A stretch of DNA of 64,000 bases from NCBI GenBank assembly GCA_003697085.1, contig RFFU01000040.1, positions 3,133-67,132 of the forward strand. Direction: 5' to 3'. Both the position numbers and the translations under genes were made by a program. Under the pieces are notes generated by a model. The model was not told the DNA's origin. It saw only the letters and a list, made by a program, of their open reading frames with translations, and did no database searches. Shown piece by piece: positions 39,596-49,900 of this stretch. Each line of letters starts with the position of its first letter. Within the stretch, counting starts at the first letter, position 1. The stretch comes from Candidatus Hydrogenedentota bacterium (GTDB lineage Bacteria > UBA8481 > J006).

Positions 39596-40066
39596 ATGAC
39601 GAGGACGACTCATAAAAAGGGACGGTTTTCGGCGGAGCGTTTTGTGACGCTGGGGATGTTTACGTTGTTTCTCCTCTTGGCGTCCGGTTGCCTGGTGCGC
39701 GAAAGGCTGGAATCGGCCACCGTCGCGCAGAATCCCAAGGGCGTGCTTTTCGTTTACGACGATCTTTCGGCGAACGAGGTCTGGCTCGCCGGCCAGTTCA
39801 ACCACTGGGCGGCGAAGAAGGGAGATCGGTTTCTCATCGAGATGAAGCAAGGAGAGGACGGATTATGGCGCGCTGTCATTCCGTATCGCGAATACATCCG
39901 CGATCCCGAGTTCGATGAACTGGATGACGATATCTATGTCCAGCATGGACGGCGCTATCAGTACAAGTTCGTGATTGATCAGAACCGTTGGGTCACGGAC
40001 CCGAACAACCGGAGCCTGAAGAAGAACCCGGACGGGACCGAGAATTCCCTGCTGGTGGCGCCTTGA
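39596..40066 (+). CDS. CBM48 glycogen-binding lipoprotein
   Basis: Lipobox LASGC; VWLAGQFNHW...YQYKFVIDQNRWVTDPNN...NSLL. Confidence 0.85.
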   Translation: MTRTTHKKGRFSAERFVTLGMFTLFLLLASGCLVRERLESATVAQNPKGVLFVYDDLSANEVWLAGQFNHWAAKKGDRFLIEMKQGEDGLWRAVIPYREYIRDPEFDELDDDIYVQHGRRYQYKFVIDQNRWVTDPNNRSLKKNPDGTENSLLVAP

Positions 40067-42508
40067 ATGGATTGTGAGACTGGTTTTGTTTCCGGGCACC
40101 GAAGGCGGCGAGAGAAGGTGCGCGTCGTCTTGTTTGCCGGGCTGTGTCTTCTTCTTTTGTGCGCGGCGGCGATGCTTGTGGAAGATCGGGTGGCGGGCGA
40201 GGTTGTTCCGGCGGCGGTAGTCCGGGCGGCGGCGGTAGGCCCGTCGGCCGATGGAGAGGTCATCGTCGTTCCGCGCGACGAAGCCGCCTTGTCGGTGCTC
40301 GAGACGCTCGGGTATTCGATCAAGAGGCGCCTCTCGCCGCTCAACGCCGTTCTGTTGGCGGTTCCGGTGGGAAAGACGACAGAAGAAGCCGTCGCGGAAC
40401 TGGCTGTTCGGGCGGACCTCGTGGACGTAAGGCGGAACCGTCTCTATTCGCGGGCGGTAACTCCGAATGATCCGCAGTTCTCGAATCAATGGCAGTTCGA
40501 TTCGATCGTGGCGGAGCCGGCGTGGGACATCGATACGGGAACGGCTTCGGAGACGATCGCGATCATCGATGACGGAATCGACACGGATCACGTCGATCTG
40601 GCGGCGAGGCTCGTCTTTGTGAAGGGCGCCGATGTCGTCAACAACGATGACGATCCTTCCCAATTCGTCAACATTCACGGAACGGAGGTGGCCGGGATGG
40701 CGGCCGCGATCACGAACAACGGTCAAGATGCCGCCGGGGTGGATTGGAACGCAAAAATCATGCCGATCCAGGTTTTTGCCGATGTCGCGGGATCGAGCGC
40801 AACGAGTGCGGATATTGCCGCAGGAATCATCAAGGCGGTCGAGAATCACGCGAGTGTGATCAATCTTTCCTTGATGGGATTTCTCGATTTTGCTCCGGAC
40901 GATACGATCGAAGATGCGATCGCCTATGCCGTGAACGCCGGTATTCCGGTGGTGGCCGCCGCCGGGAATTTCAACAGTGGCGGGACGACGTGGCCGGAGA
41001 CGGTACCCATCCATCGATTTCCAGGGAGTTCGTTTCTCACGATTTCGGTTGGGGCCACGAACCGTGCGGATTCCTGGGCCAATTTTTCCGCCTACGTTCG
41101 TCCGGACGAAGCATCCTATCAGACGTGGATCAATCCCGGCGGGACCCTTCTCGGAGATTTGGGGATTCAGGAAGGGCAGTTGACGACGCTCGATCTTGTC
41201 GCTCCGGGCGAAAGTGTCGTGACGTTAACGGCGGGTGTTGGCGTGGCGACCGTGAATGGGACCTCGTTTTCGGCTCCTTTGGTTTTCGGAGCCGTGACAC
41301 TGGTGAAGCATATCCGGAGCGAGTATTCGCCGGAGAACCTACGCGAGATTCTCCGGGTCACCGCGCGCGACATCGGGCCGGGAGGGTACGATGCGCCAAC
41401 CGGCGCCGGTGTCCTCGATCTCAACAAACTTCTCGGGACGGCTCTTTATGAATCGCTCTATCCCTTTTCGGACGACACGCGGACGATCCGAGCGGATTCC
41501 TTTTCCGCGGCTGTTCCGGGAGACACCGGCAATGCTCTTTCGGCGGCAAATGGGCGAGTCGGGCGGCGTTCTCTCGAGATCACGGGAAACAACGTTTACA
41601 CGGGATACGACGGCGCTCTGGGAGCGGAGAGCGGGACGATCGAATTCTACGTTTGGTTCGACGCAACTCAACCGAACGATACGGCTTACGTGGTTACTCA
41701 AAAGGGGAATCTGGCGAAAGGGGGGGGGAGCTTGGATCTCATCTATCGTTCGGACGGACATCTGGAGTATCGGTTGGCGGATACGGTGACGCTTGTCAGC
41801 GCCGATACGCTTTTCGCCCAGCGTTGGTACCACGTCGCGATGACGTATGGCGACAGCGGAGCCTTTCTTTATGTGAACGGAGAATCGCAGGCGTCGTCGG
41901 GGGTCACCGGCGGCCCGCCGGTTCAAGACACGGTCTTTTTCGGCGCACCGGGTTCCGTGGGCTCCTCGGCGGTATGCCGAATCGATTCGCTCAGATTTTC
42001 GCGAGGGCAGCGCCTGATCTTTCCGAGCGCTCTGGCGGTGACGGTCTGGAGCCAGAAGGCCACGACCAACGCGCTCGATGCCGTCAGTGTTCGGTGGACG
42101 GCGTTGCGGAACGAGACATCGCCCGTGACAATCTCGATCTATGCCGACGAGAACCGCGAGGGATTCGATGGGATCCCCCTGGCGACGGGGTTGGCGAACG
42201 ATGGTCAGGAGACGGTAAGCCTTGCGGCTCTCGCCTCGACGGGAAAGGAGTATTTTCTCTACGTGACGGCGGAGGATCTTGTTTACGGTAACGAGAGCGT
42301 CTCGGCCTATTCGGACACAGCCTTCAAGGCTTTTACGGCTTTATCGGATTTGTTGACCGCGACTCCGGGGCGGTCGGGAGAGTGCCGGTTGGCCACCGTT
42401 ACCGGCGCGCGGGGAGTGAAGTGGTTGAGATGGTTTCGGGATCGGGCGATGAGCCTTCCCTTCGGCCGTTGGCTCGTCGGTTTTTACTATCGTGTATGGG
42501 GCTGTTGA
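40067..42508 (+). CDS. S8 (subtilisin) serine peptidase with LamG-like domain and CFI-box-CTERM-like tail
   Basis: IAIIDDGID, HGTEVAG, AAAGN, GTSFSAP; WYHVAMTY..LYVNGE; C-terminal CRLATV..LRWFRD..GRWLVGFYY. Confidence 0.9.
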   Translation: MDCETGFVSGHRRRREKVRVVLFAGLCLLLLCAAAMLVEDRVAGEVVPAAVVRAAAVGPSADGEVIVVPRDEAALSVLETLGYSIKRRLSPLNAVLLAVPVGKTTEEAVAELAVRADLVDVRRNRLYSRAVTPNDPQFSNQWQFDSIVAEPAWDIDTGTASETIAIIDDGIDTDHVDLAARLVFVKGADVVNNDDDPSQFVNIHGTEVAGMAAAITNNGQDAAGVDWNAKIMPIQVFADVAGSSATSADIAAGIIKAVENHASVINLSLMGFLDFAPDDTIEDAIAYAVNAGIPVVAAAGNFNSGGTTWPETVPIHRFPGSSFLTISVGATNRADSWANFSAYVRPDEASYQTWINPGGTLLGDLGIQEGQLTTLDLVAPGESVVTLTAGVGVATVNGTSFSAPLVFGAVTLVKHIRSEYSPENLREILRVTARDIGPGGYDAPTGAGVLDLNKLLGTALYESLYPFSDDTRTIRADSFSAAVPGDTGNALSAANGRVGRRSLEITGNNVYTGYDGALGAESGTIEFYVWFDATQPNDTAYVVTQKGNLAKGGGSLDLIYRSDGHLEYRLADTVTLVSADTLFAQRWYHVAMTYGDSGAFLYVNGESQASSGVTGGPPVQDTVFFGAPGSVGSSAVCRIDSLRFSRGQRLIFPSALAVTVWSQKATTNALDAVSVRWTALRNETSPVTISIYADENREGFDGIPLATGLANDGQETVSLAALASTGKEYFLYVTAEDLVYGNESVSAYSDTAFKAFTALSDLLTATPGRSGECRLATVTGARGVKWLRWFRDRAMSLPFGRWLVGFYYRVWGC

Positions 42509-42520
42509 CGGGCGCGGCCG

Positions 42521-43909
42521 GTGAGTAAGAGAGTGCATCGGGACGGGCACGGTTCGTCCGTGTGGCGTGCCGGAAGAGAGATTGTTTACCAGATCTTTCC
42601 GGATCGCTGGAGGCGTTCGAAGAGTTCGCCGGAAGTTCTGCCACGAGGGAGGAGGTGGCGGGGGAGACCGGTGATCGTGACGAGCAACGCCCGGCTTCTC
42701 GGTTCCCGGCGCAACGGCCAGCGCACCTTTTACGGCGGAGACCTGCAGGGAATCACGGATTCGCTGGATTATCTTTCGAGTCTCGGAGTCACGATCCTGT
42801 ATCTGAACCCGATCTTCGAGGGGAGAAGTTGTCACCGATACGACACGGTCGATCATTTGCGGATCGACCCGATGCTGGGAACGCGCGAGGATTTCGAGGT
42901 GCTGTGTCGAGAGGCGAAGAGCCGGGGGATGAAGATCGTTCTGGACGGCGTCTTCAATCACACGTCGCTGGATCACCCCTGGTACCGATCATCGAGCCTG
43001 CGCCGGCGATATTATCTGATGAAGAACGAGACCGAAACTATGACGTGGATGAACGGCGGAGGGTTACCGAAACTGGATACGGAAAATCCGCGGGTGTTGA
43101 GCGCTATCCGGAAAACGATCGAGGCGTGGCCGGAGGCGGACGGCTGGAGGCTGGACGCGGCGCATCTTCTTCCGGAGAGGTGTTTGCGGGAGATCCGCGG
43201 GGCAGCCGGGACGCGGAAGATCGTGATCGAGGATTGGGAACATTCGGCTCATTATTTCCGGAAGGGATTGGCAGATTCCGTCACGAACTTTCTTTTTCGG
43301 GACGCGATGGAGAGGTATTTCATCGAGGATCTGGCTCCAGAGACGTTGGTGGAGCGGCTTCGGGTCTGGATCGAGGGGTATCCTCGAGCGCAACTACCTT
43401 GGGTGTGGAATTTTCTCGACAATCATGACACGGCGCGTCTGTTGGGGAGGGTGGGGCGTGAGCGGTTTTTTCGAGCGGCGGTTTTCCTCTTCACTTTACC
43501 GGGAACGCCGATGGTTTTTCACGGGGACGAGGTCGGATTGGGCGGCGGTGGAGCGCGGAAGAACCACGACGCGGGGCGGCAGGTGATGCCGTGGAACGAG
43601 CGGTGGTGGGATCGGGGTATCTTGGAGCATTTTCGAGCATTGGCGTCTTTCCGGAAGCGGTTTGGACCGGCGACGCGGGGGCGGTTCCGGGTTCTGGCGG
43701 CGGAGAATGGCAGCCGGACGGTAGTGTGGGAGATGGAGTGGGGTGGATATCGAATCTATTCGGCCGTGAATGATGGGTATCGGGGATCGCGGGTTCCAGG
43801 TATGGACGGAAGACGGGTGAGACTGAAACCGGGCGAGTGGATAGTAAGGGGCGAGGATCGAGAGGGGGAGATGCGGTTGGGATCGGAGCAAATTTCCTAC
43901 TCAACGTAA
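42521..43909 (+). CDS. GH13 neopullulanase/cyclomaltodextrinase-like glycosidase (cytoplasmic)
   Basis: YQIFPDRW, GGDLQGI, DGVFNH, GWRLDAA, IEDW, LDNHD; no signal peptide. Confidence 0.92.
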   Translation: MSKRVHRDGHGSSVWRAGREIVYQIFPDRWRRSKSSPEVLPRGRRWRGRPVIVTSNARLLGSRRNGQRTFYGGDLQGITDSLDYLSSLGVTILYLNPIFEGRSCHRYDTVDHLRIDPMLGTREDFEVLCREAKSRGMKIVLDGVFNHTSLDHPWYRSSSLRRRYYLMKNETETMTWMNGGGLPKLDTENPRVLSAIRKTIEAWPEADGWRLDAAHLLPERCLREIRGAAGTRKIVIEDWEHSAHYFRKGLADSVTNFLFRDAMERYFIEDLAPETLVERLRVWIEGYPRAQLPWVWNFLDNHDTARLLGRVGRERFFRAAVFLFTLPGTPMVFHGDEVGLGGGGARKNHDAGRQVMPWNERWWDRGILEHFRALASFRKRFGPATRGRFRVLAAENGSRTVVWEMEWGGYRIYSAVNDGYRGSRVPGMDGRRVRLKPGEWIVRGEDREGEMRLGSEQISYST

Positions 43910-43931
43910 GTTTTTCCACGGTTTCCGCGAC

Positions 43932-46900
43932 TTGCGGGTGGGCGTGGAAGTGATAGAATTAAGGCGTAACGATACGAAAGAGAAGAATCGGAAAGAAAAA
44001 AGGAACGCAGGAGGAAAAGGAAGCGGTGGTACTGGCGCGACCGTTGAAGAGGGACCGGATGCTGTGCGTCCTTTCGATCAGGCTGTGAAGAGACCGTCAC
44101 ACGGAAAGCGGCGGAGGGAGATCGAGCGGGGGCGGTCTTTCGTTTCGATAGGGCTTTTACTTTTCGGAGGGGGCTTGCTTTTTCAGATTTTCGCGCCCGT
44201 TTATGCGACGAATCCGGTGACGGTGCCGGGAGATTTCAACGGCTGGAACAATTCCTCGGGAAACAAGATGACGTACATCAACACTTGGAACGGAAGGGAT
44301 GTCTTTGCGGTACTGACGACGATCGACTCGGTCGCGTATGGAACCGGTCACCAATACAAGATTTACGTCGGCGATTGGGCGACGCCTTCCGGGGGGTGGT
44401 TGGGTGGCGGAACGTCCTCCGGGTTGAAACTTCCGCAGGTTGTCAATCAACTGGATTCTCAACCCGTAACACCCACCATTACCATCGATATCGACACTTC
44501 GGTTTATCACGATACACCGGGAATGTTTTATATTCAGTTTCGTGTTAAGCCTTCAGGTGGGGGGCTGGGAACGATCAACGATGTGGTTTTCAAGAGGGCG
44601 ACCGTCCAAGCCCCGGGAACGTATAACGGGTGGGATACGGACGGCGCAGCCACGGAGATGGCGAAGATTGGGTTGACGGACACGTGGGTGAAATACGTCT
44701 CGATAAGCGCGGTCGGCACCGTGCAATTCAAGATCATTACCGGAAACTCGTGGGACTGGTACCACTGGGGCTGGTCGAACGCGAACACGCTTTCGGTTCC
44801 GGTGGACACGACGGCATTCGAGGGACCAAGTTTCGGGGCGGGGCAGCCGCAGAATATCCAGGTGAACGTCACGGAAACCGGTGTCTATCGCCTGACATTC
44901 AACACGGTGACGGATCAGATCACGTTTACGAAGGTCACGGAACCGTTGATCAGCCAAGTGCAGACGTCGGGAGCGTCGGCGACGGACGATTTCATCGAGT
45001 TGTACAATCCCACGCCGGATTCGATCGAGATGAGCAACTATTTTCTGGCGCAGAGAGCCTCTTCGGAGGAGACGGTCACAGTCATCCATCGATTCACATC
45101 GGACAGCATTCCTCCTCACGGATATTACCTTTGGGCGCACGCGACGGGTTATACGGGCGAGACACCAGCCAACCAGACTTCCTTGGTCAACGTTACGAAT
45201 GACAATTTGATTTTGCTGAAGAAGAACGGCGACACGACGAGTGAGTATTTGGCGGAGGTGGTGGATGCCGTCGGATACGGTGCCTGGGCGGCACCGACAT
45301 CACTGGCTGCGCAGGAATCGGGCTATTGGCGCTCGGCGTTTTACGAAGGCAGCGGATTGGCGTCCAATCCCGCGGCGAATGGGAGTTTGATGCGGTTGCC
45401 GGGGGGGATCGGCGGGGAGCATTCGGACAGTCAAGACAACGCCAACGATTTCATAACGCTTTCCGCGTCGATGCCGAGAAACAAGACAGGTTACAGGACT
45501 CCTTACACTTTTTCGGACACGGTTTCCCCTTCCTCAGTCGTTTCGGGAGAGACCTTTCTCTTAACGATGGTGGTGAAGGACTGGTTGGGGGAGACGGTGG
45601 GTCTCTATTCGGATACCGCGGATCTGAGTGTTTCGGCGGGAACGATCAATCCGAAGAAGACACAAGCCTTTTCAGCGGGAACACGGAGCGAATCGGCCAG
45701 CATCACCGGTGCGCCGGCGACCGTGACGATCACGACGACGGCTCCGGACGGCTCCTTTCAAGGAACGGTGGATATCACGGTGACGCCGGATCTTGTCAAC
45801 GGATGGCATATACCAAAGAACAACGAGCCGGATACGGCGGTGGATGCGGACAGTTTTATGAGGACGGCAACGAATACGGAAGGGGGGACGAACAACGATA
45901 CGATGTGGCCGCGACGACGGACCACGGACAATCCGATTCTTTTGTGGGTGGGGAAGGCTCCTGTGGATCCGGACTCTCCGCAGAGCGCGGCTTTTCGATA
46001 TCAGACGGCTACGACGGCGTGGTCGGCGTGGCAGAATTTCGACGACACGGTGATCGTGGGGGGGAATCTCTACTATCGTTTTACGTTGAACCAGGGCGCA
46101 ACGACGGACTGGGATTTCCGGGATACGGTGGCGTACTATTTCCGCCTGGAGCAGGTCGGCAAGGACACGACCTACATTTACGGGAGCGGCGTGGCGGACG
46201 ATGTCACGACGAGCCAAAAGACACCGGTCGAGGCGACCGCGCAGGCGAGCCCGTTTATCTACAAGATTCGTTCGACCCGTCCCTTGCCGCCGGATACCGC
46301 GATCTCACCGACCGACGGCCAGACGGATGTCGGGACGAGGAAACCGACGTTCACCTGGAAGGAGTCGTTCGACATCGACACGGCGGCGGGGGACACGATC
46401 GTCGATTACTATTTCGAGATTGCGACGAAGCCGGATATGAGTGACAGCGCCTCGCTGGGGTTGTCGAAGTGGTTGGGTTCGGGGAACACCTCGTACACGA
46501 TCGATTCACCGCTTCAAGCCTTCACGTGGTACTACTGGAGGGTTCGCGCCAAGGATTCCGGGAGTCAGGTCAGCGACTATTCCGAGACCTTCCAGTTCAA
46601 GATCAACGCGATCATCGCCGTGGACGGGGACATATCGGACTGGATTCTGGGAGAGACGTTCCCGACGATCAACGCGGGGAATATGAGTCATTCGACCTCG
46701 ATGGGGATCACGTGGGATTCCAACAGTATCTATGTGATGTGGGACAAGAAGGAGTCGCTTCACGATTCGGACGTGCTTTTCATTTACATCGATGCGGTTC
46801 CGGGGGGGAGCAACACGTCGATCAATTGGAGCGGAACGCACAATCTCCCGTTCGCGGCCGACACGGCGTTTCATATGGAACCGAAAGGACTGAAGTTCGA

Positions 46901-49900
46901 GTATCGGTACTGGAACGGGGGGGCGTGGGTCTGGAAGGGGGCGATCGGACAAAAGGCCCAGAATTACGCCGGCGGGATCGCGGAAGTCAGTTTCCCGTGG
47001 TCGTTGATTGGTTCGCCGTCCCGATTCAAGATTCTCGTCTATGCAATGAACAACGCCTCGTCAAACCATAACATTTACTCGATCATTCCGGTCCAGAATC
47101 GAACCGGCCCTTCTTCCCAAAAACTGGTGAATTACTTCGAGTTCCCGTCCTCGCAATCGACGGTTCCGAACACGCCGAAGTATTATAAGACGACGGTTGT
47201 GTGGCCGGCGGCCTCCAAAGGGGTGACTTCCTTCACGCCCTTGATCGACGGGGTGAAGGACCCCGGCTGGGGCGACGTACCGACGGCCACGAGCGCCTCG
47301 TACCGCCAGCCGTTCCCGGGGCCGGCGGACACTCCGATCGAGGTACCCCCCGGCGGAATTTGCCGCGACGTCTATGTGACAAACGACGCGCAGTGGCTCT
47401 ATATCGGGTGGGAAGCCTTCAGTGATCCGTACCAATTGGAGACGGATAACACCGAGCAGAATGCCGATTATGGCTTCTTCGTGACGGACACGGGCGTTTG
47501 GGGATCGCCGGTGGATCCTTGGCGATGGTACGATGCGAACCGAAACTTCAATGCGACCCACCGTACGACGGGATACGGCGTCAACGTTGTTGCAAATGGG
47601 ACGGTCGGGTTTCAGGAATCGAACTTTTCGAGTGCCTTCAAGTACACGACGGTTGATGGCGTCAACTGGGAGAACGGAGTGACGATGACGATCGACGAGG
47701 ACTGGTCCGCCGACTTCAACGATTCCGGCCAGGGGTGGGGAGAACTGAGAATACCGTTATCGGATATTCGGGCGGACATCGGGCCGGGAGACACGATCGC
47801 CATCGTTCATTTCGGGCGTCATTCCGCTGCAAAGCCTGGGGTGAACGATGTCACGCCGTTCGACGGAGCGGCGGCGAGCAACTGGGCGGACAACAATGCC
47901 GTCCACGAGATGGGGGACACGGCGGTTTTCGTCTATGTGATTCAGCCGGGGGTGATCGACGCCTTTCACATACCCGATTCCGCTCCCGTACTGGGCCGTG
48001 GTTTGATGCGGCAGCCGGCGTCTCCCAATACCTCCGACAACATCGAACTCTTCCTCCGGGCCAATCCCGAGGGCGTGGCGACGACGGTCGATCTTATCTA
48101 TTCGACGGACACGTGGGCGAGCAGTACGAGTACCTCGATGGCGGTGGCCTACGCCAGTGGAGGAGCGGATTTCTGGTCTGTGACGCTTCCCTCGATCCCC
48201 GCCGGCACGATCTTGCGTTATTACTTCAAGGCGCAGTCGGATGTGATGACGACGTACGTCTACGGTTATGACACGCAATCGTACACGACTTCGGTTCAAG
48301 CGACGGCGCAAGCGAACGCATTCTCCGTTTTGCTCGGGAACACTCCCCCGACCACTCCTACCGAGGTGACACTTTTGCCGACGTCGCCTTCGACAAACGA
48401 CACACTGGTGGCAACCGCCTCCGGCGCTTCCGACTCAGACGTGGATGTCGGGGTGGACACGCTGATCTATCGTTTCCGCTGGTACAAGGGGGAGGTGTTC
48501 CAGTTCGAGACGTTCGATTCGGTGCCGCCTTATACCTCGCAAGTCGTTCCGGCTTCCACTGCCTCGGGCGAGACGTGGTTCGTGAAGGTTGCCGCGGGGG
48601 ACGGGGAAGACACATCGAGCGAGATCACGAGCGCGGTACGCCTGATCTCGACGTTGGCCGTCTGGCCCGCTCCCTTGCACGACCGTGTCAACTCCGCGCG
48701 GATCGTCACCAGTGTCAGCGGAGGGAAGCAGGTGAGAGAGTGGGTTTGGAAGGACAAGGACGGCGACGTCCGCTCGGGCCGAAGTGATCTCGACTTGAAG
48801 GAAGTGCGGATTCAAGCGGATACCGATTACATCTATTTCCTCTTACGGCTCGGGACCTTCTCGATCGACAAACCATTTATCGCGATCGCGGTCGATACGA
48901 GCCTGGATGCTTCAGGGGGAACGGAGATGGGGGATCAGACGGCGCTTCTTCTCGGAGGCGGTTTTGCCACGCCCGCGCTGAAATTCGAACGAATGATCGC
49001 GATTCACGCGGTTTCGAGCGGGAGTCTTGCGGTGGAATTGGATACAGGGGCGGGGGTTCCTGATTGGGGAACGCCCCGTTCCGGCTACCTTTTGAATGTA
49101 CGGCGCGAAGCGGGAACGATCGAGGTGCGGTTGGCCCGCTCGGATCTTCTGCTTAAAGGAATCTGTACGGCTCGGTTTGCCGTGGCGACCTTCGACAACG
49201 TCGTGGGGTCGGCGGCGGCGATCGATGCTACGAAGGATTACAGCGGCAACGATGCGTTCGACGCCGTCTCAATGCCCGCGTTTTCGTCGAACGATGCGGA
49301 CTTTTCGATGTCAGCCTGGGATGAAGATCTCTCCGACAACGACCTCGATTACTGGTTCCAACTTTCCTTTGCGGACACGATTCTCGAGGCGAACGATTCC
49401 CCCTCGAGTACGCCCGGAATGCTTCCGGCAACGGGAGACAGCGAGACGACCAACCCTCCGTTTTTCAGTTGGGGGCAGCCGGATGATTTGGGGACGAACG
49501 ATACGGTCATTGCGTACATCTTCGAGTTGGGAGACTCGGGGGCGGACTTCGAGCAAGCCGTAACGTACAGGGTGATAACGAGCGCTCGGAATTACACTCC
49601 GCCGACCTTTCTCACGGACAGCACCTACCATTCGTGGCTTGTCCGAGCCGTGGATCGAAGCGGGCAGATCGGAACGGCGGTCGTCCAGACCTATTTCCAA
49701 GAGAATGCCACTTCGATTCTTGTCACGGCTCCCGATGACAAGCAGAACCTCAATAACCTTGGAGCGAGGAATGGAGACGAAGTTGCGGTGACCTCGATCA
49801 TTTGGACCTGGCCGGCGGCGATTCATTCGGAAAGTGCTCCGATCGATTCGTACATCATCGAGATCGATACCTCCACGGCGTTCACGAAACCGATCCTTGT

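Noticed and set aside
37214..39850. 878-aa minus-strand ORF
   Set aside because: Antisense to the CBM48-barrel gene; no recognisable domain
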